From Carcharhinus amblyrhynchos (Eukaryota): a stretch of DNA of 64,000 bases. The translations under genes and the position numbers were made by a program. The notes beneath the pieces were generated by a model, which worked only from the letters and a program-made list of their open reading frames with translations, was not told where the DNA came from and did not search any database. Positions 23,901 through 38,379 of this stretch are shown here, piece after piece. The stretch covers positions 31,744,001-31,808,000 of the forward strand of contig OZ336883.1 of assembly GCA_965287045.1 (NCBI GenBank), in the 5' to 3' direction. How positions within the stretch are numbered: position 1 is the stretch's first letter; every line of letters begins with the position of its first letter.

Positions 23901-25533
23901 CCAAGGTGTTGCCATGGAGAAAGCAATGGGGAACTATGAGCTCCCTGGTAATTCAAAATAGGTGCCAAGGTTTCAACATATTCCCTTTTTGTTTGCAGAT
24001 AACAGTCCCTGTGTAAGAACGTTTGTTGCCTCAAGCAAATGTAAATGAAACTGGTTATGAGCTCAACCAATTAACTACAGTAAACTCCTTCCTTCCTTAA
24101 GTCACTCTGCTGCCACCTCTGCTGATGGCAAGGTCATAACCAGCAGTAGTGAAGGAGGAATCTAGGAAATTAGCTGTGTGGTACAGTGGGTATGACTATG
24201 TTAGGCTGTTTTGTTTGAGTAATCTCTAGGACAGCTCTCTCAGTTTTTGAAACATAGTGAGGAGAACTCTGTACAGTTGAGTGGGCATGGCGTGTCTTTG
24301 CTGTGTCCATGTCAATAAGAATGCCAGGTGTTTTAATCTGCTTTCATTCTTCTTTGATTCTGTAGTGGTTTGATACAACTGAATGGTATGCTATTTCAGA
24401 GAGACATTAAGAATGATCCACTTTACTGTGGATCTGGTGTCACATGCAGGCCAGACCAGTTAAGGACAGGCAGTTTTCTTCCCCAAAGAATGTAGAGTCA
24501 GAGGTTTATAGCATGGAAACAGGCCCTTCGGCCCAACTTCTCCATACCATCCTTCCTTTAAACGACTAAGCTAGTCCCAATTGCCTGCGATTGGCCCATA
24601 TCCCTCAATAGCCATCTTATTCTTGTAACTATCAAAACGCTTTTTAAAAGATAAAATTGTACCCACCTCTATTGCTACCTCTGGCAGCTTGTTCCACTCA
24701 CCACCCTCTGTGTGAAAAAATTGCCCTTCTGGACCCGTTTGTATTTCTCCCCACTCACCTTAAACCTATGCCCTCTAAATGCCTGAACCAGTTGGGTTTT
24801 TATGACTTGCCAGCAGATTCTTGATCATCCTTGCCTGAGACTAGCTTTTTATTCCAGCTTTATTAATTCGTTGAATTAAAATTCCGTCAGTGCTAGAATG
24901 GGATTTAAACTTGCCTCTGCAGCATTAATCCAGACCTCTAGATTTCTTCTCCAGTTGCATTTCGACTTTTGCTATCATTCCCCCAGCTACACCATTTGAG
25001 CTTTAACTCAGAAGAATTTGAGTTCATGCTTTGCTGTGTTTTTGATTTCTTGCACCCAAAAAGAACAAATTCTGGTTATTTTTGCATTCCCTAAGAAGTG
25101 ATTACTCTGAATATTTTGATGAATACAAGGGAGAGTAGGAGAGAGTTGAAGCTCGCAAACAGATGTCCTACTCTGCTATAAGTGGTCACTTTTGCTCTTG
25201 GCCTCTTTTTTTTTAAACTCCTCGAAGCTGTAGGCTCAGATGGTTACTGGGAGCTGAAATCTGTAACTTGACAGTTCTCCTCAGCTGGAAGTGATTACTC
25301 TGGGATTGTCCACAAACAGGCAGATTGAAGCTTTTCATGGCTTTGAGAGTTTTTTTAACATGTGTTCCAAACCTGTAAAATACCAATGTACTGATAGATA
25401 ACCATTTTCTTGTAAATGTTTTGCTTAATTCAGCTATGTTACCAACATTATTCCTTGGAACAAATACTCAGTTTAGTGATGATTCACGGATTTTCCAAAC
25501 GGGTATGAAAATCCCATTTGGTTTGCACTTGTT

Positions 25534-25852
25534 CATAGAATCCCTACAGTGAAGGAGGAGGCCATTTGGCCTATTGAATCTATATTCTCCGGCACAGCCT
25601 CTCACCTAGGCTGTATCCCTGTAACTCTACATATTTAGTCTGCTAATCCCCCTAGCCTATACGTCTTGGGACACTAAGGGGCAATTTAGCACAGCCAATC
25701 CACGTAACTTGCTCATCTTTGGACTGTGGGAGGAAACTGGAGCACCTGAAGGAAACACACTTGAGCACGGAGAAAACATGCAAACTCCACACAGACCATC
25801 ATCCAAGTCCCTGGTGCTGTAAGGCAGCAGTGCTAAGCACTGTCACCATGCT
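25534..25852 (-). mobile_element. V-SINE (HE1-like), CR1-type tail
   Basis: catagaatccctacagtg tail and V-domain in reverse complement. Confidence 0.85.
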
Positions 25853-27090
25853 GTGGGCAAATTTTATTTTGTGCTTTCTTAACTATCTTTTCAAGAAATG
25901 CTTGCTTGCAACAGTGACAATGCACTCATGGATCTCAAAACATTATTCATAATACTCTAGTGATGTTTAGCATAAACAGGATTTAACTATGGCACTTTCA
26001 AGAGTGAATTTCTGTAGTGTTTTATCCTGACGCTTTGGGATTTTGATTTTGTGAACCTTGTGGGGTGTTTTGGTTTACTGTAAGTTTGTTCCTCAAATGG
26101 TCAGTATGAGGTAAAACAGTTAAACTTGGGATCAGCATTTGTTTTGGTTCTCGGGCAAGTAATTATATCTTTTTAAAGAAGTCGCTTTGCAGGACTATTT
26201 CTTGTAAATGTTTGTCACAGATTTACACAAGTATATTTGCTTCACTTGACACTTCAGTAAGTGCATCTGTTCAGAACGACATCATATGTACAGGTCGAGC
26301 AATTTTAAATTTGTATCCCTAAGTATTTTCCATTTTATCTCCCACTGTAGACTCTAGAATTTAACCAAAAACTGAGTTGGAGTAAATTGTCTATAATTGT
26401 TTGGTTTTCTCCTGTCTCATTTTCAAGACGCAGGGTCCATTTGCCATTCTCCAGTCTTCTAGCACAATCTATCTTTTCACAGAATTTTAAAGTCATAGTC
26501 AGCCTCTGTGGTTTCCTACCCCCAGCCCCGCCTGCCCCAACCAAATTGTCAGAATACTCAGATGTAAATCATAAGGTTTCAGTGATTTTGTTTAAACCTC
26601 AGTCTGGATGACTTCCTGTAGCACCATTTCTCTTTGAATAGTCGTCCATAACTGTTGTATATTCTGGCAATCCTATAATCCAAACATGCCTCTATGACTA
26701 ACAGCTTATTTAGGATGGTTGTGGCACAGAGACAGACCATTTGGCCCATTGTGTCCATGTTGGCTCTACAAGAGCAACTTCCCTATTCACATTCTCCTGC
26801 CTTATAGAGTATAGTATGTTTCTCACTTGTCTCTATCACTTCTATCTTATAAAGAATGAAAGCCTTCTACTACTCCTTGATTTTGCTGATTTCCTTTAAT
26901 TTCTCTGATCTTGCATTTTGTATCTTTTGGAGATTTCTCCTGGCATTCATTATATTATTTAAGTTTTAATTTCAGCCCCTTACACTCTGTTTTTATCCTA
27001 CTGGTAGATATTTCATTTGCACCTTTTCTGCCTGTAAATCAATTCCATTGCTGATCAGTGGTTTTATTTCACGGTCTCTTGCCTTGTTTA

Positions 27091-27094
<4 letters not shown>

Positions 27095-27128
<34 letters not shown>
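27095..27128. repeat. (CT)n microsatellite
   Basis: Direct CT dinucleotide run. Confidence 0.95.
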
Positions 27129-27132
<4 letters not shown>

Positions 27133-27261
27133 CTCCTTCTCCTTCTCCTCCCCCCCCCTCTCCCCCGTTAAGGTGACCTTCAACTTTTCTTTTTTTCATT
27201 CCAACACTGAACCTAATTATGTTGTGTTCACTACTTAGGAATGGTGATGAAAGTGCAATGA

Positions 27262-27545
27262 GGCGTCACGGTGGCACAGTGGTTAGCACTGCTACCTCAC
27301 AGCCGGGCTCAAGTCAGGCCTCAGGTCACTGGATGGAGTTTGGACATTCTGTCCATGTCTGAGTGCATTTCCTCCCACACTGCAAAGATGTGCGGGTCAG
27401 GTTGATTGACCACACTAAATTACCCCTTAGTGTCAAGAGGATTAGCTGGTTAAATATGTGAGGTTAAGGGGATAAGGCCTGGGTGGGATTGTTGCTGATG
27501 CAGGTTTGATGGGCCAAATGGCCTCCTTTGCAATGTCAGGATTCC
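27262..27545 (+). mobile_element. V-SINE (HE1-like)
   Basis: ggcgtcacggtggcacagtggttagcactgc head and tail gatgggccaaatggcctcc. Confidence 0.85.
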
Positions 27546-30218
27546 TAGGTGCTTTCATTCCTGATGCAGCATAACTGCAAAGCCCTCTAGCTTTGCAGTT
27601 AAATGTACTGTGGGTTTGTTTTCTCTGTTGTCGTGGCTTATCCAAGTCCCGTGCCTGCTTACAATTATACCCAATTGGGCTTGGTTTCTCTTCTGCAGAG
27701 TTCAATGCTTAATTTCTGTTCACCCCTGGGTACTGAGCCACTGCTATTCATTAGAACACCACTGGGATTTTTTTTTTGTATTCTACTGAACGCTTCCCCA
27801 TAGGCAAAGTTCCACCACCTCCAATCAACAACTGTACTTGAAGTATGTCATTAACAAAACTATTATTCAAGTTAGTAATTTTCTTGCCATGGCTCCTGCA
27901 GTTTAATAGGGACGTAGTTAATTGAGTCCTTGCAACAAGTTGATCAATATTGATCAAAGTTTCCTTCATCTGCTTGCTGAAGGCAACATTGAACTCCATC
28001 TGTATGACAGACTTATCTAGCTTTCTTCATCTGTGGTAATTGCATAAGAGGATGATGGACAGCTAATACAGTGAGCAATTCATCTTCGAGGAAAAAATAC
28101 GAAATTTAGCATTTAGTAACAAAAGCTGGGTTTCCTGATTTATTGGTGTTATTAATATCGTGTTTATATTCTCAGAATGATCTCAGGATGTGGACAGTGC
28201 TGGCAAGTCTACATTTATCTTGCATCCAGTATTGCCCTGAAGGTGGCAGGCTGCCAGCTTGAAACATAGCCCAGACAACTTGTGTTAACATTGCAGGTCT
28301 GTGACCATTCATCAGAGATCTGCAACATCGGCTTGGATTTTTGCTTCTGAGTTGGGTAGCTCGAACCAGGATATTTTGCGGTTTGGAACACCTGAGAGAA
28401 ATAGTGCCACAAATGGTGGGATATTTGCCCTAGGAAGGGGTGGATGCAAGATGGAGTCTGACCCTTTGCCATTTGGTCACCGTTCAGAAATGGGCGCAGA
28501 GGTTGTTGAGTACCAAGGTGGGCTGTTTAAAAGGTCTGCCTCAGTTCTCTTAATGTTTTCTTAAACATTAGATCCTCTAGCCCTCCCACTCCTTCATTTC
28601 TCCCCCACAAACTCTCCATGCCACACTTGCAAACTTGCATCTCCACTACCTTCATTGGCCCTCATACCTCCGTACATCTTACTCTATCCACATAGCAGAC
28701 TTCAGGAGCCATGCTGAAATAAAATAAAGTTCTAAAAATCTATTGCACACTTCACTACAGAAACAGCACTCCCCCATTCACAAATGCATTTAAATCCCCT
28801 CAAGTACTTTATCACTTATAGAGGTTTTGTATTTGCAACCCCACATTAAAGACAGCTAATTTTTTTAAATAACTTCTTTGAGCTGCTGATTGAACTGAAC
28901 TTAAGATTACTGCCTTTGTGGTGATAGAATGGTAGATAATTCAGCCAAACATTTATAATGCTATGGCAATGGCACTTTGAGTTATGTCAACAAACAGCAC
29001 TTGAATCTATGAGAACGGATACTTTTCAACTCTCTCAGGCAGTATTTGTTAATATTTAAAGACTGGCCATTTAAATGACGTGACTTTATCTGCCCTTTAA
29101 GAGCTTCGAATTTGCCAAAGATTCATAATTTTCACAATGCAGGATAAGACCCTTGCCCTAGGGAAAATGGGGTCTGCTTGAACTCAGCACCGAGTTTAAA
29201 TGGTTCCGCTGAGTTCTTGTTTCAAACGTGAGAAAATTGAGGTAGGACATCAGAATCTGGGTCCTGCCTACTCTTTGGAAGGTCACAGAAATATTCACAA
29301 CTGCAAAATCTAGGATCATTAAGTCTGGCATTACAGATGAATGCTCATACCTTTGTAGTTTGTGAGATTAGTTTACTTTCATCATGTCACGTAAAATGAT
29401 TTAAAGCTAATTGTTTCTTACTTGTCTAATATGGGTTGTTAACCAATTGGAGTGACTGCTAGCTAACTTCAGTTGCCAGACAATGATCCACAATTGACTT
29501 GTGATTTTATTGCAAAAAAATACAGAAGTTCTGCATATTTCATGGTGCAAAATGTCATCCATTTATAAACTCTCAAAAAAGCAAAAAGCTTTCTTTCCTT
29601 TCTCAGGGAATGGTCCTGTGTCTTTAAAACCACTGTTGTTTATTCCAATCATAGATAATTCAGCCCACATGTCTAAGCTTGCCCTTTGCTGGAGGAATCC
29701 ATAACCAACAATGCTCTCTCCACAGAGCACCTCATTAATAAGCACCACAAATAATAATTAAGCCACTTTTCCCTTAAAACTATGGGATGATAGTTCAGCC
29801 AAGTAACTGTTTGTCACATGCTGAGTTTGGAGCCGTAAACCAGAAGATCAAGTGAGACACTAAGTGGAAGGGAAAGCATTTTCATGGAGCAGAGTAACAT
29901 GGGAAGAAGCAGCATCAATGGTTCTGCGAGCAGCTAACTCGAGAGTGTTTGTAAAAAAAAGATCATGCAACAACAGAATCAAAGTAAATTAAGGCAAAAC
30001 ATAATTTAATTTGTCAGCAATGCATCTCAAATTAAACTTATTGCAATATATATAACATTTAGAAAACAATGGTGCAAAATTTAAATGGGGAAAACTATTT
30101 AAAAATTCTGATTGTATTGGCAAATGGATTCTGTTTTAAATTCAAAACAGCACTGCAGGTATTCGAAAATATTTCAATCATCACCGTCCTTGGTAGTTTT
30201 CACCATGAGTTGTTCTGA

Positions 30219-30600
30219 CTAGAGGCAGAAATGAAATAAAGCATTTGTCTTTTGATCAAGTGGCTGTGTACATTCCAGTACGAAATTTATAGATTTAATC
30301 GGGCCAAAATGTCCCAGTGCCAATTTTAACAGAATATCTGCCTGCTGAATGGGCTGTGTTTCATGATATTTGGTAGCAGGATTAGGAAGGAAGAGGCTTG
30401 CACATAAGGTTGGCTGATTATGTAAACGTATGTAAGCAGGCGTGATGTCAGGGGATTTTTTTTTAGCTCGACCACATGATTCAACTGGCGATATGCTCAA
30501 GTGGTGCTCACAGATGGTGTTTTCAACAGCAGCTGACTTAGCTAATGAATATAAACAAGGAGAAGCCCCTTGTGTATTCGGATGAGCTTTGGAGTTGATT
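30219..30600 (-). pseudogene. LLTP-like pseudogene remnant (longest open segment, ~126 codons)
   Basis: Acceptor atgtatttcag| directly at the start of a long non-repeat minus ORF (INSKAHPNTQG...LKLALGHFGPIKSINFVLEC...). Confidence 0.4.
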
Positions 30601-33188
30601 CTGAAATACATTTTTGTTATGGGTTATCGTAAACTGGATTTTTGTGAGGTTTAGTATGTTTGAGTTTGCATGAGCTACTTGATGCTTTTCCCTGGCCAGG
30701 TTTCATTTTCATATGCCCCTCGTTAACCCTATGTTATTGCCTTAAAGAAGCTGGAGAGGTTTTGAGATGGAATCTCAGAGCTCGGAACTGGACTGCTGAA
30801 GACACAGCTTCCAAAAGTGAAGCAATTATAAGAGGATGCTCAAGAAGCTGATATTAGATGAGGCACAGTTGTCCTGGAAGCTTGTGAGGCTAGGGCAGAT
30901 TTGAGATAGGGTGGGACATGGAGGGGTTTTACAGAAGGCGGCCATTTGGCCCATTGTGCCTATGCCAGTCTCCAATGCAGCATTTCGTTTAGTGCCATTC
31001 CCTGGCCTTCTCTTCGTAGCCTTCATTTTCAGATAATGATCCAATTTCCCCTTGATTTCCTCGGTTTACCTGCTTTTTCCACCTACTCAGGTGGCGCATC
31101 CCATATCCTGAACAAAAGTCTTGAAATTGAGGCATTTGATCATGAGCAAGTACAGGGATAAGGGGAAACATGACTTGGTGTGTGTAAGGATATAGATACT
31201 GGATAAGTAATGATCGTGAATGCTAACAGTTTTGCCATCACTATTGCCATAAAATTTGGGCCACAGCATCTAACTGGATCATTTATGAATGTACAGGAAG
31301 AAAATTTGGACTCAGTGACAATTATATATTCTGTCCCCACAGATGCTGTCAAACCTGCTGAGATTCTCCAGCATTTTCTGTTTTTGTTTCAGATTCCAGC
31401 ATCCACAATCATTTGCTTTTATACAATTTATACTTCTCGAGAATCTTTGAGTTTGCATGAGCACTTTTGATTATTGCACAGACGTGCAATTTACTGAAAT
31501 ATTGTGTGGAGTTTGTACCAACCAAATAAAATTACGTAAGTGCTTCAGATCCACTGGAGTTCTAAGCATTTTAAGTTGGATTGTTTATGAATAATTATTC
31601 AAATGCAGAATCAAAGTATGCATCTGGATCTGTGACTGAGTGTAATGTTCACTTTGACTTCAAGAATAGTTGCACAGTTCCTATGGTACATTTCCAATTT
31701 GCTTATGAATGGATTATTTTTTCTGAAACTTCAAACATCTGCAACAGTCTTGAACTTCATTCATGCACTGATTTCCATTTCAATGGTCGGCTGTGAATCA
31801 ACATTGTATTCTTGGCAGTAGGGAGAACAAAAGAGTCTTAACTTGAGGTTCACAGGACGCAACAAGTGAGCATTAAATGAGATTTGAGAGCTGTAACAAT
31901 ACTGGGAAAATGTGAATTTTGCACCTGCTACTACTCCTTCATGATTAGTGTCCCGGCTTTAACGGGCTGAGCAGAGCCCCCCTGCCTGCTACCTTCAGCT
32001 TGCATTTAGTTTAAATTGGATTTTATGGGGAGGTTGGCCTCCTGGCTTCCCGTGCACACCAGTGACAATCCCAAAGCAAACTAGACAATTTTTCCACTGC
32101 CAGCTGCCGCAAAGGCCCGTTTTTATTGAGTTTCAGCGCACCTCGTTACTAAAGGACTTCCTTCACCCTGGACGATCATGCTTAACACTTGGCAAAATAA
32201 GATGAATTAAAATTTCAGGCATGATGATCTTCAGGTCTGAAAGATCAACCTAGCATTTTAATGGCTGTGGGTGACAGAAACTGGAGGAGAAGGCGTCACA
32301 TACTCCAACCACGAGAGGAAGTTAATGAACTGCACACTGCTTTTAAAACAGAATGCGTGACATTTCCATTTGTAATAGATCCACTTGCCGAGGCAATAGA
32401 CATTCTAAAATATAAATGAACTTATAAATAGCTAAGACAGTGAGAGGCTTGTCCTAGGAAAACATTGAGAGAATGGAATAAATTGTGGGAAGGGGAAGCA
32501 AAAAGAGATTATGGGTGCAGAAATAAAATTAGAACTGCAATGTTGAAAACACTGAGAATGTCAGTTTCATAAGAAGAAAAGGACCAGCCAATGTCAGGTG
32601 CTTTGACCTCAGTCAAACTGTGTTTCTAAGAATCTATACTAAGATGTTCTCTTTGTCTGTTTCCAACCACCTCCCACCACCACCACCACCACTACTATAC
32701 TATAAAGAAACTAAGTTAAGTATGAAGTTGCAGAAGTCGTGTTCAGACCAGTGTGCTCAGAAAAAAAATTTCTTGAAGCTTATTTTCAGTTAAATCTGAG
32801 TAGATAAAGTTGGCATTTCCTATCTTTCCCCTGTTAACCTGAGTGCTGATTGGACCGTGCCTGCATGTTTGAACCAAGCAACTCAGATTCCATTTATTGA
32901 TGCATCTTGTGCATTGAGAAATATTTACTGTATGTTTTGCACCATCCTATGCAACTTGTGCATTCAAATGTAATGGACAAAGGCAGAACATAAACCATTT
33001 TATCCCTGTCATCTTAATTCCTTTTCTGAACTTTGCTAACTCTTGCATTTTGACGAAAGCCTCGAACTTGCCCAGCAACTGTTCCTTTCATCACTTTCAT
33101 TTTCCCTCTTGCTGCTAGTTGTCTGTTACTTCAATTCTGCAAAAGTTTCATTGTTGCATGACGTGCTTTTCTTTAGATTAGAAAGTAA

Positions 33189-33503
<315 letters not shown>

Positions 33504-34534
33504 TAAAATGATTATCTTGTAAAATTGCTATTTACCTATAATATGATAACACTAACCAAAAACATACTGGCAGTTTGCTTTGTTATCTAATCCTATTGGA
33601 GTGCTTTCCTTCATTTCCTCTATTCTTGTTCCCTCCATTTTTATGTGCGCTATGCTTTTTAAATAAAGATCTCAATGCTATCACAAGATGGTTAGGCGTT
33701 TAATGTCAATCTGATGCTATTGCACTGATCAATTCTCGTGCAATTGTGATTCCTTAAATATTGCTAAGTTGATTGAGGAAAAATATTTTTCTATAAACAA
33801 GTAGGATAATACGTTTTAAATCATTACTTTTGAGTCAAGTGACTGGACCTATGTGAACTTGCCTGATAACTTTATTCCTTTTGGGAATATTGACCTGAAT
33901 CACCCCTAGATAGGCATTCCTTAACATAAAGTTATATCTTAATTGGGCAATCAACTTGCCTGTTTTAGAATCAGTCTTCCGTTGCTATAATGTTGTGTTA
34001 ATGCCAAACATAATTCGCATTCACCCATTCCACTGATCTCCAATCCCAAATAAGATCTTCAACATAAGTTGCCTCTTTCCCATTGTAAACATACCTGGTA
34101 TCTTATTAGTCTTCACTTGGGTCTCAGATACCTAAATCCACTGATCAACTGAAAAATTCCTTTAATAGCAAAACTAGGTCTCCGTGCAATCAGCAGCAGC
34201 AGCAGGATTGTACAATTCGTAACCTCATGGCCTGCCATATCCCTCATTCCTCCATCATTATCAAGCCAGAAGTTTAACCCGGTTCAGTGGAGAGTTTAGA
34301 AAGAAATGTCAGAAGCCATCAGAAAATATGCCACACAAGGAACAAGCAGACCGTGCACATGCAGCAGTCCCTTTTTAAGATGTCTCTTAATGCACGCCAA
34401 GCAGTGCAACAAACCAGCCGTGCTCCTCAAACGGAGGTTGGAACATCAGCCAGGGACCATGTCACCTGTAACTTAGAATGAGGTCTACCTTGTGGAGCTT
34501 ATGCAGCCAGTATCTATATATCAAATACAAATCA

Positions 34535-35068
34535 CAGAATCCCTACAGTGCAGGAAGAGGCCATTCAGCCCATCAAGTCTGCACAACCACAATCCCACAT
34601 ATTTACCCCGCTAATCCCCTGACACTAGGATTAATTTAGCATAGCCAATCAACCTGACCTGCACGTCTTTGTACTGTGGGTGGAAACCGGTGCACTTGGA
34701 GGAAACCCACGCAGACACACAGAGAATGTGCAAACTCCACACAGTGACCCAAAGCCAGAAGTGAACCCAGGTACTGTAAGGCAATAGTGCTAACTACTGT
34801 GCCACCCATTGTTGAAATTGAAGCTGAGGAGAGATTGGATAGAACATTAACTTTATTGTGAATCCAGTTAATTGATTCATGTGGAGATCATAAAATCCCT
34901 ACAGGGCAGAAGGAGGCTATTCGGCCCACCTGAGTCTGCACCAACCACAATCCTACTCGGGGCCCTATTCCCGTAACCCCACATTTATCCTTGTAACCCA
35001 GACACCTAGGGGAATTTAGCATGGCCAATTAACCTAACCTGCACATCTTTGCACTGAGGGAGGAAACC
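34535..35068 (-). mobile_element. Two tandem V-SINE copies (second truncated)
   Basis: Tails at 34535 and ~34888; full head ending near 34805. Confidence 0.8.
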
Positions 35069-35073
35069 GCTGC

Positions 35074-35099
35074 CCCCCCCCCCCCCCCCCCCCCCCCCC
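35074..35099. repeat. Poly-C tract
   Basis: Homopolymer run of about 26 C. Confidence 0.9.
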
Positions 35100-35939
35100 A
35101 CTCCGCGGGTGGGTCTTCCCACGGTCGAATGCAGCAGGTCATTGGCCGTTGGTGGAATCTTTCTGTCCCACCAAAGCTTGCAGACTTTTGCATGATTTGT
35201 GGGGGATGGGGTTGGAGATCAACTTTCAGCAGAACAAGAAGCTCCACTGATAGAAAGGGCTGGAAAATCCTGCCCGTTTTTCTCCACCCATAAAGTGTGG
35301 AAGTTCAATGTGAGGAGAGAAAAAGGCGCTGCTCTTTTACTCCAGTACTTATAGCAGTTAGGATAAATTGAGACCGTCATAATCCAAATATTTTTAATTA
35401 GTGCTTAGTGCAAGTTAGTGTGCAGAGTAAGGAGGAAATCTTGCAAAATTCTTCCCTGTGAAAATTTGGTGGCATGGCCAGTTCTTTTCAATGTACATCT
35501 CTTTCAGATATTTTTGCAACATGATATTTAATTCTGTGCAATACCTTCCAAGCTGCTTTGTGGTTAATCTCGCACGCAGTTCAGTGCAGTACTTTCCAGG
35601 CTGCTCAAACATGCATGCAGCTTAGTGGAAACATTGGGTATAAATAACCTAAATTAACATACAATGGCACATATTGTGTGCATGGTCTACAATATGTGGT
35701 GGTTTGTGGAAATTAAGCTCACAGTGAACACATGTCCAGTAGATATCTCTGTCTTGAACATTTTTGGCTCAGAGTCATCGAATTGGATTGTGCGTCGGAG
35801 AGAGACCAACAGAAAGGGAAGGGTAAGAGGTACATGGACAGTTTGCTCCAGATTTCGGTCCTGTCACGTAGAAAGGTGCAGTTTCAGACCTGGGCGGATG
35901 TGGCCGATTAATGTGTAGGTTAAAAACCGTTGAACCACA

Positions 35940-38270
35940 GAAAATTTGCAGTGTAGAAAGAGGCCATTCAGCCCTTTGTGTCTATGCTGGCCAAAAAGGA
36001 GAAGAAAGAAACTAGCCACTCATTTTAATTCTGCTTTCCTACACCTGGTGAATAGCCTTGCAGGTTACAGCAGTTCAGGTACAGATCCAGTTACCTTTTT
36101 AAATCAGTTGAACATTTCAGCCTCAGTCACCAACTTAGGCAATGAATTCCAGATGCCTGCCCACTCTCTGCGTGAAAAGGTTTTTCTGCATATCTCCTCT
36201 AATCCTTTTACCAATCACCTTAAATCTCTGACCCCTGGTAATTGATCTTTGCTGCCTGTCCTTTCTAGACCCTACTTAATTTTATGCTCTTCAACTAGAT
36301 TACCCCTTTTGTCTTCTCTGTTCTAAGGAAGACAACCTTAGCCAATCTCTCCTCATAGTTTCAATTTCAAGCCTTGGCAACAATGGCTGGCACAGTGGTT
36401 AGCACTGTTACTTCACAATATCAGGGACCTGGGTTCACTTCCGGCCTCAGGTCATTGTCGCTGTTGACTTTGCACATTCTCCCTGTGTACATATGGGTTT
36501 CCTCTGGGTGCTCTGGTTTCCTCCCACACTTCAAAGATGGGTGTGTTAGGTTGATTAGTCATGCTAAATTGTCCCCGAGTATCGGAAAGACTGGTATGGT
36601 AAATACGTGGAGTTACAGGGATAGGACCTGGGTGGGATTGTTGTCAGTGCCGGCTAAATGGGCCCAATGACCACCACCTCTATTATAGGTATTCTGCGTT
36701 TCTGGTAAATCTCTTCTGCACTCACTCCGAGCAATTATGTCCTTCCTATAATGTGGTGACCATAACTGTATGCAAAATTCCAGCTGTGGCCTAACCAGCA
36801 TATGTCCTTTAATCCTTCTACCAACCACTTTAAGTCTTTGATCCCTGGTACACAGCTCCATCATTGCATCCCTGCTTTTTTTCTTCAATACCTTGCCCAG
36901 TAAAGGAAAGCATTCTGTGCTTTCCTAATCACTGTGTCCACTTGTCCTGACACCTTCAAGGACCTCCGGACAAGCACGCCAAGGTCTTCATTTCCTCAAC
37001 CTTTCTTACTGTCTTCCCATTTATTGAGTATCCCCTACTTTGTTTGCCCTTCCCAAATGCATTACCTCACACAATCTTTTCCAGATTGAATTCCATTTGC
37101 AACTTCTCTTCCCCAATCAACCGAACATTGATATTATTCTGGAGTCAAAAGCTTTCCTCTTCACTATCAACTACATGGCCAATTTTTTGTGTCATCTGCA
37201 AATTTCCCAATCATGCCTCCCATATTTAAGTTAAATCATTAAGATATAGAACAGCAGCAAAGGCTTCTACACTGAGTTCTGTGGAACACCAATGGAAACT
37301 TTCCATTTGTGAAAACACCCATCGACCTTTACCTATTCTTTCCTGTCACTGAACCAATTTTGGTTCTAACCTGCCCTGTATCCCATGAAATCTTACTATA
37401 CTGACCAGTATGTCATGTGAGACTTCATCAGATACCTTACTGGTATCAGTGAAGACAACATTCACCACAACTTCCTCAAAAGTTCTGTTAAGTCATTAAG
37501 AAGATCCTCTCCAAACAAAACTATGCCAGCTAATCCTGATCAATCCATGTCTTTCTAAGTGATGCTTTATCCTGTCTCTCAGAATTGTTTCCAATAATTT
37601 GCTCATCACCAAAGTCTGGCCTATCCTTTGCTCCCATTTTAAATAATGGTACGATGTCCGTAGACTATGTCTGTATCGAGTGAGGATTGGAAAATGATCC
37701 TTTGAGAATCTGCTATTTCCTCCCTGGCTTCCTTCAACAACCTGCAATACAATTGAACTGGCCCTGGTAATTTATCCACCTTTAAGGATGTCATTCCCTC
37801 CAATACTTCCTCTTTCATTATGCTTATTTCATACTCCTCTTTAACTAGAACATCTGCATCATCCCTCTCAGTGAAGGCAAAGTCAAAGTACTCATTCAGA
37901 ACCCAGAACCCAGCCCACATCCCTTGCATCAACTCACATCTCTGATAATCCCTACCTTTTCCTTTTGATATTCTCTTGCTCTTAACATACTGGTAAAACA
38001 CCATAGGTTTGTATTTCCATTTTTACTTCATCCCCGTACTTCCTATACTCCTCTAGGCTTTCTATAGTATTAAGTCTTTTATGACTGTCATAAGCTTTTT
38101 TTGCCCCTTGCTTTATCTTGGCCTGTATGCTTCTGGATAGTCAAAGGCTCTAGATTTGGTAGTACCACCCCATTTCTTCATGCGGACATGTCTACACTCT
38201 GCCTCTAGAATCTCCCACGCATTTTACACAATTTTTCCTTCTAATAGCTGCATCCACTCCACTCTCACCA
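35940..38270 (-). mobile_element. CR1 LINE ORF2 remnant with nested V-SINE (36385-36680, +)
   Basis: Minus ORFs with CR1 motifs: FYQYVKSKR, VLNEYF..FT, LKVDK.PGP..L..RLLKEAREEIAD, KLLETILRDRI..HLE, LVRPQLEFCIQLWSPHYRKDI. Confidence 0.85.
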
Positions 38271-38379
38271 GCTCACCTGGCAGGCAAAATCTTGGTGAGA
38301 TAGAAAACAAGAGGACTTGCAGGACTGACACTATGCAGCAAGTACAGTGTACATAAGAGTGCAGACTGTGATACATTAA

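Noticed and set aside
37496-38004. RT-like ORFs of 83 and 121 aa
   Set aside because: Frameshifted CR1 ORF2 fragments, not an intact retroelement or host gene.
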